Source of the DNA: Micrococcales bacterium
GTDB taxonomy: Bacteria > Actinomycetota > Actinomycetes > Actinomycetales > WQXJ01
Direction of reading: 5' to 3'
DNA: 64,000 bases
Assembly: GCA_009784895.1 (NCBI GenBank)
Contig: WQXJ01000004.1
Span: forward strand, 3,193 to 67,192
Below, piece by piece: positions 45,457 through 54,697 of this stretch. The stretch's first letter is position 1; each line of letters opens with the position of its first letter. Under the pieces are notes generated by a model. The model did no database searches. It was not told where the DNA came from and saw nothing but the letters and a program-made list of their open reading frames with translations. Both the position numbers and the translations under genes were made by a program.

Positions 45457-46890
45457 ATGCCAAGAACGCCCAGAATCACAGCGCTGTGGCCGTTGCTGGC
45501 GGCGGCCTTGATCGTGAGCTTGTCTGCCTGCTCGGGGCAGGATAATCCTCCCAAGGCGGGGGAAGGCCAGGATGCCGACTGGTCCGTCGTTTTCGATGCC
45601 TACACCTACGTTTTTCCGCTGGTGATGATGGATGCCACACGGGAGACCTCGACCAACACTGTGCAGGCGGACGCCGCCAGGGCTCCAATCAACCAGATCA
45701 GCCACAGCGACCAGCTTGTCGACGCGAGCTACAAGACGGTCGTCACCCCGAACGTGGACACCGTCTATTCCAAGGCCTGGCTCGACCTCAGCCAGACTGC
45801 AATGGTGTTCCACAAACCCGAGGCTGATCGTTTCTTGTCAGTGGAGCTGCTCGATGCCTACACCAATTCTGCGGCCATTTTGGGGACGGGTGGCGATACT
45901 CAAGAAGCGCGCACCTACGCCCTAGTTGGCCCCAGCTGGACCGGTTCGCTGCCGGACGATCTCACCCGCGTCGACCTCCCGACCGAAAGCGTGTTCATGG
46001 TGGTACGGACCCTGGTGAAAGGTGAGGCTGATCTGGTCAACGTGCGGGCGCTGCAAGACCAGATGTGGCTAATGCCTCTTGCTGACTACAGCAGCGGATT
46101 TGACACCTATCAGGCTCCCGATGGCGCCTATTCGGCCGAAAGTGACTTTGTCCCGGTCGAGCACGTGCTGTCACTTAGCCCTCAAGAGTTTTTCGACCGG
46201 GCCAACGCCCTGTTGGCTCTCAATCCGCCGCCCGGCCAGGACGAGGCAGCCTTGACCGCCATGGAGGGCATCGGCGTGGGCCCCGACCTTGCATTTGACG
46301 CGGTCGCACTGGGGAGTGACTACCAGGATCGGTGGCAGACGATGCTTGATGATGCTGCCGCACGCTGGATGGAACAGAGCCAGCAGTACAAGCAGCAATG
46401 GGGCGCTTGGGAGTTCTTTGGCGCACCAATTGCCGAGTTTGGCACGAGCTACGCCTTTAGAGCGCTGGTGGCCCTTGACGGCCTAGGCGCCAACCCGGTC
46501 TCGGTGGCTATCTACCCCATGGCCCCCACGGATGACGCTGGCGAGATCCTGGACGGTACGAACAACTATGTGGTCCATTTCGCGCCGGACCAGCTGCCGC
46601 CTGTTGAACAGTACGGCTTTTGGTCGGTCACCGCCTACGGCGAGGACGATTTCCTCATCGACAACGAGCTGGGCCGCTATTCCATCAACGACCGCAGTGA
46701 GTTTGTCCTGGGCGACGACGGCGCGCTGGACATACTTGTCCAAGCCGAAAGGCCATCAAACGAGGCCATGGTTGGCAACTGGCTTCCCGTCAAACAAGAG
46801 CAGTTCCACCTCTACCTCAGGATCTACCTCCCCGCTGAAGCCGCGCAAAACGGATCCTGGTCAGCCCCTTCCATCACGGTGTCAGGCTGA
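45457..46890 (+). CDS. DUF1254/DUF1214 domain lipoprotein
   Basis: Lipobox LIVSLSACSGQ after a basic N-terminus. YTYVFPLVMMD...VVTPNVDTVYS (DUF1254-like) and FWSVTAYG..DFLIDN...RYSINDRS (DUF1214-like). The ATG at 45457 is preceded by ggagggggag. Confidence 0.7.
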   Translation: MPRTPRITALWPLLAAALIVSLSACSGQDNPPKAGEGQDADWSVVFDAYTYVFPLVMMDATRETSTNTVQADAARAPINQISHSDQLVDASYKTVVTPNVDTVYSKAWLDLSQTAMVFHKPEADRFLSVELLDAYTNSAAILGTGGDTQEARTYALVGPSWTGSLPDDLTRVDLPTESVFMVVRTLVKGEADLVNVRALQDQMWLMPLADYSSGFDTYQAPDGAYSAESDFVPVEHVLSLSPQEFFDRANALLALNPPPGQDEAALTAMEGIGVGPDLAFDAVALGSDYQDRWQTMLDDAAARWMEQSQQYKQQWGAWEFFGAPIAEFGTSYAFRALVALDGLGANPVSVAIYPMAPTDDAGEILDGTNNYVVHFAPDQLPPVEQYGFWSVTAYGEDDFLIDNELGRYSINDRSEFVLGDDGALDILVQAERPSNEAMVGNWLPVKQEQFHLYLRIYLPAEAAQNGSWSAPSITVSG

Positions 46891-47023
46891 TCCAGATACA
46901 GCCTGGCCAGCGTGACAATGATCCAGAATCAACCATTACGGCAGCTTAAGGTCGGTTGGCGAAGGCCCCTAACTGCACGCCATTGCCACCGGATGCGACC
47001 CACTGTGACCCTGATCTGGCGCG

Positions 47024-47290
47024 TCATCGGTTTCGGTTGTAAATGTCGCGGCGGTGGCCCACCGCGATCACTAGTACCACCAGAATGTCGTTTTCGATCT
47101 GATAGATGACCCTGTAGTCGCCGGTGCGCACGCGCCAGGCGCCTTTGACACCGGCCAGTTTGATCGCGCCGGGCGGGCGGGGCGCGGTGGCTAAAAGATC
47201 AATCGCCACCTGGACATGCCGACGAGCGGCTAGGTCGAGCTTGGCCAACTGTCGCTGAGCCCGACCGGTCAGCTTGACCCGGTAGTTCAT
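47024..47290 (-). CDS. relE: RelE/ParE family toxin
   Basis: 88 aa. MNYRVKLTGRAQRQLAKLD...AWRVRTGDYRVIYQIENDILVVLVIAVGHRRDIY is the classic RelE/ParE pattern. It overlaps the antitoxin stop by 4 nt. Confidence 0.85.
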   Translation of the reverse strand: MNYRVKLTGRAQRQLAKLDLAARRHVQVAIDLLATAPRPPGAIKLAGVKGAWRVRTGDYRVIYQIENDILVVLVIAVGHRRDIYNRNR

Positions 47291-47550
47291 TCCAGACCTA
47301 GATCAGCCTTGACCTGCTCCCATGGCACCGGATCCTCCCCGGCAGCCATTTCCTTGCGGGCGGCCTTGACCTGCTCCAGGTCCGCTTGGTCCTCCGCCGC
47401 CGCGATCAGGCGGTCTAAATCCGACGCGTCAATTACGGCCGCCACCCGGCGCCCTCGCCGGGTCAAGTAAACCGGCTCATGGTCCACCCGGGCAGCGTCA
47501 ACCACATCAGCCAGCCTGGCCCGGGCGGCCGTTACCGTCATCTCGCTCAC
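47287..47550 (-). CDS. yefM: Phd/YefM family antitoxin
   Basis: MTVTAARARLADVVDAARVDHEPVYLTRRGRRVAAVIDASDLDRL. Start is either GTG 47550 or ATG 47541. Confidence 0.85.
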   Translation of the reverse strand: MSEMTVTAARARLADVVDAARVDHEPVYLTRRGRRVAAVIDASDLDRLIAAAEDQADLEQVKAARKEMAAGEDPVPWEQVKADLGLE

Positions 47551-47557
47551 GCCCGCG

Positions 47558-47597
47558 AGTATAGCGCTGAAGCCGCGGTTTTGTACAGAACAGTACT
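47558..47597 (-). promoter_or_regulatory. Candidate yefM-relE promoter/operator: TATACT -10-like box plus two GTAC-core palindromes
   Basis: On the minus strand, TATACT (47563-47558) lies upstream of the start codon. TGTACA (47582-47587) sits 18 nt further upstream at the -35 position. AGTACT (47592-47597) is centred 10 bp from it. YefM-type operators in E. coli are recalled to use TGTACA cores. Confidence 0.35.
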
Positions 47598-47653
47598 TGC
47601 CCGATGTCGCGTGCCCGGCTCAGCCGGTCTCTCCCCCGGGTGTTGCGGGCGTA
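47594..47653 (+). repeat. 60-bp palindromic dispersed element, copy A (identical to copy B)
   Basis: tacttgcccgatgtcgcgtgcccggctcagccggtctctcccccgggtgttgcgggcgta. It folds as an imperfect hairpin (TAC/GTA, GCCCG/CGGGC, CCCGG/CCGGG arms). Confidence 0.85.
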
Positions 47654-47778
47654 GTGACCCGGTAATCTCCTGTACGCGAACGCCAGGCTACTTTTCGCAC
47701 CGGTCATCAAGCGCGTTGGACGGGCCCGGCGCGGTCCGGCCAAAACGCCAAGCGCCACCCAACACAAACCAGGTGCGG

Positions 47779-49200
47779 CTAGTCCGGGGCAATGGCCACC
47801 GAAACCTTGGCCTCGCCATCGATCGCGAAAGCGTTGACTTGGCCGCCCGGCCAGCGGATGCGTTGGGTCAGGGCAACGTCGTCGTCGACAAAGACTTCAA
47901 TCAGGTCACCCTCTAAGACGACGTGGACGGTTGCCGAGCCGGAATCAGCTTCCGGCGACCTCTTCGCGCAGGCCAAGGCAGGCCCATCGACCTCACGGTA
48001 GCTTGAACCCGTCCCGGTCAGGTCTGCCCAAAAGTCGTCCAAAGGCTGGGGTTCCTGGGTTATCCGGACCAGGCGACGGCGGTTGTCAACCAGGATTCGG
48101 TACGCCGTTTCCCCCGTCACCAGGTCGATGCCAACGGCGGCGGCATCTACAGCCTCGAAAGTGGCCTTGATGACGGTATTTCGGGGCACTTCAGCTTGTG
48201 CCACAGCCCCACCAAACATGCCCGGGGCGCCCAGCTGGACCTCCAAGAACTGATCGAAAGCCGGGTCGCCGACAACTGGCCTGACACCCATCCACTGCCC
48301 AGATTCGTCCGGCCGAAGAACCCGGTTCAGGGCAAAGTCCCCGCCCCAGAGCCAGCGCGGCCCCGCCTCGGTGTTGACCCGGTCGTGGATCCAGCCAAAA
48401 AATGCCCGGCCGTGCTCGAAGGGAGCCGATTTCGCCGCGTACCAACGCCGCCCGCCGAGCTCCTCACGCAGGGGTGTGCGGAAAGGACCGCGAGGTGAGT
48501 CAGCGACTCGAAATACCGTGCCAGCCTGCTCGGAGAAGCGCGAATAGACCAGATACCACTTGTCGCCGAAAGGCCACAGCTCGGGGCATTCCGGACAGAA
48601 GGTTGTCCCCGGGGTGTAGAGCGGTTCTGTCTCCACCTCCCAGTGGATCAGGTCGTTGGATGTGGCCAAGGCCAAGGTGCCACCGTGCCACCGGCTCTGA
48701 ACCATTGATGCCTCAGACACCCTGGTAGCAACCAACATGAACCAACACTCTTCCACCTGGTTGAAGAACACGTAGGGATCACGCCAATCAACCTGGCTGA
48801 ACTGTGGTGGGGGGTACAGGATTGGGTTGTCCGGGTGCCGCTCGAAGTTGACCAGGTCGCGGCTTGTAGCCAGGGCGATTGTCTGCGGATTTGCCCGGTT
48901 GGTCGGATCGTGTGCGGTGTAGTACAGGTAGAAGATCCCGGCGTTTTCGACCACGGACCCGGTCCAGATTCCACCAGCGTCATACGTTCCCGGGCGGCCT
49001 GGAGCCAAGGCCGGTGCAAGCAGATCCCAGCTCTTCAGATCGGTCGACGCCATATGCTGCCAGGTGGTTGCGACCCGTTCTGGATAGTCCTGCGTGCCTG
49101 GTGGGGAGGAGAGGAAGAACAGGTGGACGCGACCATCGTGCGCAAACGGAATCGGGTCGCCCACCGCGGCGACTCCTGGGGGGCGTGCAATTCTCATCAC
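47779..49200 (-). CDS. Glycoside hydrolase family 32 protein (beta-fructofuranosidase/levanase-like), cytoplasmic
   Basis: GDPIPFAHDGRVHLFF (variant of the WMNDPNG block), WRDPYVFF (RDP motif), and FCPECPELW (EC motif). A C-terminal beta-sandwich region is present. No signal peptide. Confidence 0.8.
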   Translation of the reverse strand: MMRIARPPGVAAVGDPIPFAHDGRVHLFFLSSPPGTQDYPERVATTWQHMASTDLKSWDLLAPALAPGRPGTYDAGGIWTGSVVENAGIFYLYYTAHDPTNRANPQTIALATSRDLVNFERHPDNPILYPPPQFSQVDWRDPYVFFNQVEECWFMLVATRVSEASMVQSRWHGGTLALATSNDLIHWEVETEPLYTPGTTFCPECPELWPFGDKWYLVYSRFSEQAGTVFRVADSPRGPFRTPLREELGGRRWYAAKSAPFEHGRAFFGWIHDRVNTEAGPRWLWGGDFALNRVLRPDESGQWMGVRPVVGDPAFDQFLEVQLGAPGMFGGAVAQAEVPRNTVIKATFEAVDAAAVGIDLVTGETAYRILVDNRRRLVRITQEPQPLDDFWADLTGTGSSYREVDGPALACAKRSPEADSGSATVHVVLEGDLIEVFVDDDVALTQRIRWPGGQVNAFAIDGEAKVSVAIAPD

Positions 49201-49871
49201 GTGATCCTTTCGATCATTGGCAGGACGCGGGTGGCCAGGGACTGCCGGGCCACCACACGGACGGCGTTGGGCTGGTCAACCTGAGCCACCCAATTGGCGG
49301 CCGCCTCGGGTGTTTTGCCGAAGGCAATGTGCCGCCGCTCAAGCCAAGCCCGGCGCGAAGCGTCATTGGCCAAGCAGAACCAAGACTCCGCCAGCAGATC
49401 CCTGACTCTTGGCCACGGCTCCGCCTCATCGAGCAGGTAGTTGCCTTCCGCGATAATCAACCGGCAGCCGGGAACCACCGCGATCGCTCCCGCTACCGGT
49501 TGTTCGATTTCGCGGTCAAAGGCCGGCGCGTAGATGGTGTGATTGGTCTCTTCAAGGCAACGGCGTAGCAAGTTGAGGTAACCGAAACCATCGAAAGTCT
49601 CGATTGCGCCCTTTCGCTGCAGCCGGCCCAAACGCACCAATTCGACATCAGCCAGGTGGAAACCGTCCATGGGGACAACGCAACAAGGAAGGCCGGCAGC
49701 ACAAAGGTCCGCGGCCATCGCGCGTGCCAGAGTTGTCTTGCCCGAGCCTGGAGCACCAACGATTCCCAAAACGGCGCGGCTTGTTCTTGGCAAGCCGGCG
49801 GCCCGGGCCAGCACTTCATTGGCCAACTCCACTCCCAAGAGCCCGGCGGTTTGACCTTCAGCGCCAGACAT
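49197..49871 (-). CDS. P-loop nucleoside/sugar kinase family protein (FrcK-like)
   Basis: Walker A GAPGSGKTTLARAM and a PRK/uridine-kinase-like fold pattern. The ATG at 49871 was chosen because the ORF's upstream 101 aa overlap the epimerase gene in another frame. Confidence 0.6.
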   Translation of the reverse strand: MSGAEGQTAGLLGVELANEVLARAAGLPRTSRAVLGIVGAPGSGKTTLARAMAADLCAAGLPCCVVPMDGFHLADVELVRLGRLQRKGAIETFDGFGYLNLLRRCLEETNHTIYAPAFDREIEQPVAGAIAVVPGCRLIIAEGNYLLDEAEPWPRVRDLLAESWFCLANDASRRAWLERRHIAFGKTPEAAANWVAQVDQPNAVRVVARQSLATRVLPMIERIT

Positions 49872-50739
49872 GATTTGCCGTCGCCTCAAGGTGAGCCTCA
49901 ATGAAGGCGTGTGCGTGTTGCGCCAATGCGAAACCGTCATCCCACAGGTCGCGCCAAATCGCCAAATCAGTGGAAAGCCCCTTGGCCACAACAGTCGAGG
50001 AAAACGACTCAAAGGTGATTGGCCCCAAGTAGCTGACGCCACGCAGTGCGTGAAAGAAACCGGTGAAGTCAACATGCCCCGAGCCAAGGTGGCCACGGTG
50101 GTTTTCTCCAACGTGGACGTAGCCGAGGCGATCTCCAGCTGCCACGACAGGGGCCACAAAGTCGTCTTCCTCAATGTTCATGTGATAGGTGTCGAGGTGG
50201 AGGTAGACGCCGTCCTCTCCAATGGCGTCAATCAACCGCAAGGCTTGGGCGGCTGTGTTGACACAATTCGTTTCGTAGCGATTGCAGACCTCGATCCCCA
50301 GCGAGATTCCAAGCGTCTGGGCTTCTTGGGCCAGCTCCTTGATAACGGATGTGGCATTGGCGATTCCCCTGGCCGTAACTGGCCTAGGGTATTTGCCCAA
50401 GGCGCCGTACAAGGCCCCGGTGTACAGCGTCGCGCCCATTCCAGCCGCGGCCTGAATGGAGTCTCGCAACAGGCCGGCGCCACGCTCGACCACAGCCGGG
50501 TCGTCGCTTGATGGGTCAGCGTCAAAGGTGAGGCCCCGTGAGCAGACCAGTTGCAGGCCAGCCTGTTCCAGTTTGGCCTTGGTCCTGTCCGTGTCAAGAC
50601 GGCCCAGATCATGGAGCGACAACTCGAGAATGTCATAGCCCGTGCCTTTTGCCCCAGAAATCGCCTCGTCAATTGACCCGTCACTGGTGTCACCTGCAAA
50701 GACGAGCGCGTGGATGCCAAGCTTGTTGGTCGGATTCAT
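49858..50739 (-). CDS. Ketose 3-epimerase (D-psicose/D-tagatose 3-epimerase family, xylose-isomerase-like TIM barrel)
   Basis: Collinear with Agrobacterium DPEase as recalled: IEVCNRYE, NTAA, LHLDTYHMNIEEDDF, LGYVHVGENHRG, FESF, IWRDLW. All four metal-ligand positions (E/D/H/E) are present. Confidence 0.85.
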   Translation of the reverse strand: MNPTNKLGIHALVFAGDTSDGSIDEAISGAKGTGYDILELSLHDLGRLDTDRTKAKLEQAGLQLVCSRGLTFDADPSSDDPAVVERGAGLLRDSIQAAAGMGATLYTGALYGALGKYPRPVTARGIANATSVIKELAQEAQTLGISLGIEVCNRYETNCVNTAAQALRLIDAIGEDGVYLHLDTYHMNIEEDDFVAPVVAAGDRLGYVHVGENHRGHLGSGHVDFTGFFHALRGVSYLGPITFESFSSTVVAKGLSTDLAIWRDLWDDGFALAQHAHAFIEAHLEATANHVWR

Positions 50740-51722
50740 GTCTCTACCTGACGTTCGGCCGACCCGACGTCGAGCCTGTCAATCAACCGGCAAATCTCGG
50801 TCACCACCCGAGCACCGTCCACGCCATCCATGACCCTGGCTGGTGACCCTGCCGCCGCTCCTAGTATGGTGCGGCCGCGCTCTGGTCCATCGCAAGTGTC
50901 GATGGCCACGCGAACCTCACGCCATGAGCCGGTCGTTGGCTCGGCCGCCGCCATCATGGCCAGTGGGTCATAGAGCACACACCCGTGAGAGAGGTCAAAC
51001 ATGGGATGAGCCAAGTAGGTTCGGCAGACTTGGTGGAAGATCCGGCCCACTGGCCCTCGTTGCCCCACCATCTCGAGCTGGGCCGGCGTTAGGACCAGTC
51101 CGGTGTCCGGGTTCGTCACGTCCAAGCCGACATAGCTGACCGGAATGCCGCTTCTGAGAACGGTTTCGGCAGCCAGAGGATCGAAGTAGATGTTGCATTC
51201 GGCCTGATCGGTGATGTTGCCGCCACCGTAGCGCTGGTGCAGCCCGAAGGCACCCCCCATCGCCACAACGCCTGGGATAAGCTCAGCCAGACCTGGATCC
51301 TCAAGCAGCGCCGTTGCCAGGTTGGTTTGCGGGCCGATGGCGACAACGGTCACCTCGCCAGGGTTGTCTCTGATCACCTTTTTGATCAACTCGGCCGCTG
51401 GCCCATAATTCGGCGCTTTGGGCAGCGCCACCTCACCCTCGCGGCCCCTGGGTCCGCGGTAGGCCTCTACCAGTATTGGGCTGAGTTGGCCTGCCACCGG
51501 CTCCGAGCTGCCAAAAGCCACCGGAACATCCAGCCGATCTGCAGCCTGCAGAACAGCTAACGCTCCTCTGGCGGAGAGCTGCGGCGGACAATTACCAAAG
51601 GTCGTCGTCACCGCCAGCAGCTCCAGGTTCGGGTGGGCCAGAGCCAGCAGTAAGGCAATCGGGTCGTCGGCGTCAGTGCCGGGGATGCCTACTCCCGGAT
51701 CGGTGTCAAGCAGGATCTTCAT
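50736..51722 (-). CDS. Nucleoside hydrolase (IUNH) family protein with an atypical N-terminal Asp motif
   Basis: MKILLDTDPGVGIPGTDADDPIALLLAL. The canonical DxDxxxDD cluster is interrupted by a ~7-residue insertion. The rest is collinear with the IUNH fold. Confidence 0.75.
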   Translation of the reverse strand: MKILLDTDPGVGIPGTDADDPIALLLALAHPNLELLAVTTTFGNCPPQLSARGALAVLQAADRLDVPVAFGSSEPVAGQLSPILVEAYRGPRGREGEVALPKAPNYGPAAELIKKVIRDNPGEVTVVAIGPQTNLATALLEDPGLAELIPGVVAMGGAFGLHQRYGGGNITDQAECNIYFDPLAAETVLRSGIPVSYVGLDVTNPDTGLVLTPAQLEMVGQRGPVGRIFHQVCRTYLAHPMFDLSHGCVLYDPLAMMAAAEPTTGSWREVRVAIDTCDGPERGRTILGAAAGSPARVMDGVDGARVVTEICRLIDRLDVGSAERQVET

Positions 51723-52515
51723 CAGTTCTCTCTAGGGTGTCTTGGGCTATTCCGCCCGAAAGCGAGACGGCTCCGGTCATGATGGCGACCGCGTCAGCTG
51801 ATGTATGCGTTGTGGGCCGGATGATTCCGGCCAACTGTCCAAGTCGCAGGATCTGGATGCGGTCGGCAACATCAAACACATTGGGCATGTTGTGGCTGAT
51901 CAGAATGATGCCCAGACCTGAATCCCGCAGTTGTTTGATGACCTCAAGCACCTGCGCGGTCTCGCGGACACCGAGTGCTGCAGTCGGTTCGTCCAGAACC
52001 ACGACTCGGCTGCCAAAGGCCACCGCCCGGGCGATGGCTACTGCCTGGCGCTGGCCCCCCGAAAGCGTTTCGATCAGCTGGGTAATGTCTTGGATTGTCC
52101 GTATGCCTAGTGCCTTGACCTTCTGCTCGGCCAACCGGCGCATTTCCTTGTGGTCGAGTAGACGGAATACCGAACCCAACGGACCTTTGCGCCTTACCTC
52201 CCGGCTCAAAAACAGGTTCGTCGCGATGTCCAACCCAGGCGCCAGAGGAAGCGTCTGGTAGACAGTCTCAATGCCCATGTCTCGGGCGTCTTGCGGCCGC
52301 CGTAGGTGGACGATGCTTCCGTCTAACTTGATGGTGCCGACATCGGCGCTTTCCGCGCCCGTGATGCACTTGATAAGAGTCGACTTGCCAGCCCCGTTGT
52401 CGCCGATGATGGCCAGCACTTCACCTGGGAAGAGATCCAGGTCAACGCCGTCAAGAGCAACAACCGGCCCATAGGTTTTGACCATACCCCTAGCGCTGAG
52501 AATTGCCTCGCTCAT
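51706..52515 (-). CDS. Sugar ABC transporter ATP-binding protein (FrcA-like)
   Basis: GDNGAGKSTL Walker A, LSGGQRQ signature, VVLDEPT Walker B. The ATG at 52515 overlaps the permease TGA (ATGA). Confidence 0.88.
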   Translation of the reverse strand: MSEAILSARGMVKTYGPVVALDGVDLDLFPGEVLAIIGDNGAGKSTLIKCITGAESADVGTIKLDGSIVHLRRPQDARDMGIETVYQTLPLAPGLDIATNLFLSREVRRKGPLGSVFRLLDHKEMRRLAEQKVKALGIRTIQDITQLIETLSGGQRQAVAIARAVAFGSRVVVLDEPTAALGVRETAQVLEVIKQLRDSGLGIILISHNMPNVFDVADRIQILRLGQLAGIIRPTTHTSADAVAIMTGAVSLSGGIAQDTLERTDEDPA

Positions 52516-53552
52516 CTCGACTCCCTGCTGTCGCCTCGGATCCATTGGTCCAATGCCACCGCTCCGAGAATCAGTAGGCCCACCGCCAGCGTCTGGTACA
52601 GCACATCGAGCCGGGCCAATGACAAGCCATTCCTAAAGACGCCAACCGTCACGGCTCCCAGCAATGTCCCCGAGAGCCGGCCTCGGCCCCCGAAAAGACT
52701 GGTCCCGCCTATCACCACGGCCGTGATGGAATCGAGGTTGACATCTACAGCGGTCGAAGTGGTGGCGGCGTTGTTTCGACCGATCAGGATCCAGGCCGAT
52801 AGCACTACCAGAAAACCGGCCACAACGTAAACGCTTAGAAGCACCCGTTTGGTTCGCACGCCAGTCAGTCTGGCGGCGGTTTCGTCACTGCCAACGGCGT
52901 AAACACGTCGACCCCAGGCGGTGTTGTTGAGAACAAAGGCCATGACTAGGTACATCGACAGCATCAAAGCCACGCCGGTGGTGAACTGGAACGGTCCAAT
53001 GGCGAATGCGTTTGAGGTCCAGGTCAAGAAGGAACCAAGGTTTTCGCCTTGGATCGACCTGCCGTGCGACATCAGCAGGGCCAACGCGGTGAACACGCTG
53101 AGGGTGCCGAGGGTGGTAATGAACGGTGGCAGCCTGATGTAGGCGACCAGGGCGCCGTTGGCCAGCCCGGCGGCGATGCCGACAAGCGCGCCGCCCAGAA
53201 AGGCCACAGGGCTCGGTAGCCCCGCCTCCCCGGCCAGCGCGCCCATCGCCATCGATACAAACACCATTAGGGCCCCCACCGACAAGTCGATACCTGCTGT
53301 GAGAATGACAAGCGTCTGGCCCACCGCCAGGGCGCCTATTACGGCGACCTGCTGCAGGATCAGCGAAAGGTTGCTTGGCAACAAGAACCTGTCGCTGACC
53401 AGACCAAACACCACCGTCGTGATGACCAACACCGCTAGCGGACTGATTTGCGGGTAACGATGAAGCAGCCGTCGCAGTCGCTGCATCAGAGTCAGCGGAC
53501 GCTGCCGATACACCTCGGCCGCGGTTAGTTCCGCCAACTCCGGCTCAGCCAT
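52512..53552 (-). CDS. Sugar ABC transporter permease (ribose/fructose type, FrcC-like)
   Basis: 346-aa polytopic protein with ILTAGIDLSVGA and the typical RbsC/FrcC-family layout. Confidence 0.85.
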   Translation of the reverse strand: MAEPELAELTAAEVYRQRPLTLMQRLRRLLHRYPQISPLAVLVITTVVFGLVSDRFLLPSNLSLILQQVAVIGALAVGQTLVILTAGIDLSVGALMVFVSMAMGALAGEAGLPSPVAFLGGALVGIAAGLANGALVAYIRLPPFITTLGTLSVFTALALLMSHGRSIQGENLGSFLTWTSNAFAIGPFQFTTGVALMLSMYLVMAFVLNNTAWGRRVYAVGSDETAARLTGVRTKRVLLSVYVVAGFLVVLSAWILIGRNNAATTSTAVDVNLDSITAVVIGGTSLFGGRGRLSGTLLGAVTVGVFRNGLSLARLDVLYQTLAVGLLILGAVALDQWIRGDSRESR

Positions 53553-53585
53553 TGGCCTTTCCCCTCACAAATCAGACCGGATTGG

Positions 53586-54680
53586 TCAGTAGCAGGATGC
53601 TAGACCTTCAGCAACGGAAATTGATTCGACGCCAGGCTGCGGCTGGTCGGTAACCAGCGTGATGCCAGTGTTAATGAAATCGGCTCCGGCCGGAGTCACA
53701 GGTTTTTCGCCCGTTTTGGCGAAGTTGACCACGGCTTCAACGCCCATTGAACCCATTTTGCTTGGGTACTGCTGCGCGTCGGCGCCAAAGATTCCATCCG
53801 CCACACCCTTGATGCCGTCACATGACCCATTGATTGAGACCACGATGGCCGAGGTGTTGCCTGCTGCCTTCAGCGCCTGGTAGGCGCCAAGCGCTGCAGG
53901 TTCATTCGGCGTGTAGACAACATTGATGTTCGGGTTCAAAGAGAGGCACTTTTCCATTGCTGTGCGACCGCCATCTTCGGCGCCATCGGTCGCTTCATTG
54001 CAGACAATCTCGTAGTCCCCGCCAGAGTAGGTGCCTGTCTGGTCCTCGTCGGCGTTCTTGTTGGGATCCTTGACGTCAATGCCCATCCCTTCAACAAAGC
54101 CTTGATCGCGCTCGTAGTCGATGCCAACGACCTTGTCTGCAAAGAGGTCCAGCAAGGCGATGGTGGCCTTCTCGCCGTCGAGTTTGGCGGCAGTCCATTG
54201 GCCAATCAGCTTGCCCGCCAGTCGGTTGTCGGAGGCAAAGGTTGCCGAGACCAGGTCCGGCGGTGTGGTCGGAGTATCAACCGCCATCACAATCAATCCG
54301 GCGTCTTGGGCCTTGGAGATGGCATCGTTGACGGCCGGGCCGTTGTTGGCAATAAGAATGCCGGTGTCTCCGCGGGTGATGGCATCTTCGATTGCCCGGA
54401 TTTGACCGTCGGCGTCAGTCTGGTCACGACCGGAGGCAAGGGTGATTTCTGCACCCAGCTCTTCGGCTTTGGCTTTGGCGCCGTCCATCATGGCAACCCA
54501 GAATGGGTCATTTGGGTCTTTCGTGATTAGTGTGATCTGAATTGTCTCGCCCTTGTCACCGGCGGGGGCAGAGGCGTCTGTGCCTCCATCACCGGAACAC
54601 GCGGCCAGGCCCAGTGCCAACGCCGCTACTAGACCGAGCGTCGCCATTTGCTTAGAGCTTGTCTTTGTAGGCAGAGTCAT
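53586..54680 (-). CDS. Sugar ABC transporter substrate-binding lipoprotein (FrcB-like, periplasmic binding protein type I)
   Basis: Lipobox GLAACSGD and the ITLITKDPNDPFWVAM pattern. AGGAG RBS at 54686-54690. Confidence 0.85.
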   Translation of the reverse strand: MTLPTKTSSKQMATLGLVAALALGLAACSGDGGTDASAPAGDKGETIQITLITKDPNDPFWVAMMDGAKAKAEELGAEITLASGRDQTDADGQIRAIEDAITRGDTGILIANNGPAVNDAISKAQDAGLIVMAVDTPTTPPDLVSATFASDNRLAGKLIGQWTAAKLDGEKATIALLDLFADKVVGIDYERDQGFVEGMGIDVKDPNKNADEDQTGTYSGGDYEIVCNEATDGAEDGGRTAMEKCLSLNPNINVVYTPNEPAALGAYQALKAAGNTSAIVVSINGSCDGIKGVADGIFGADAQQYPSKMGSMGVEAVVNFAKTGEKPVTPAGADFINTGITLVTDQPQPGVESISVAEGLASCY

Positions 54681-54697
54681 TGTCGCTCCTTATGTTG

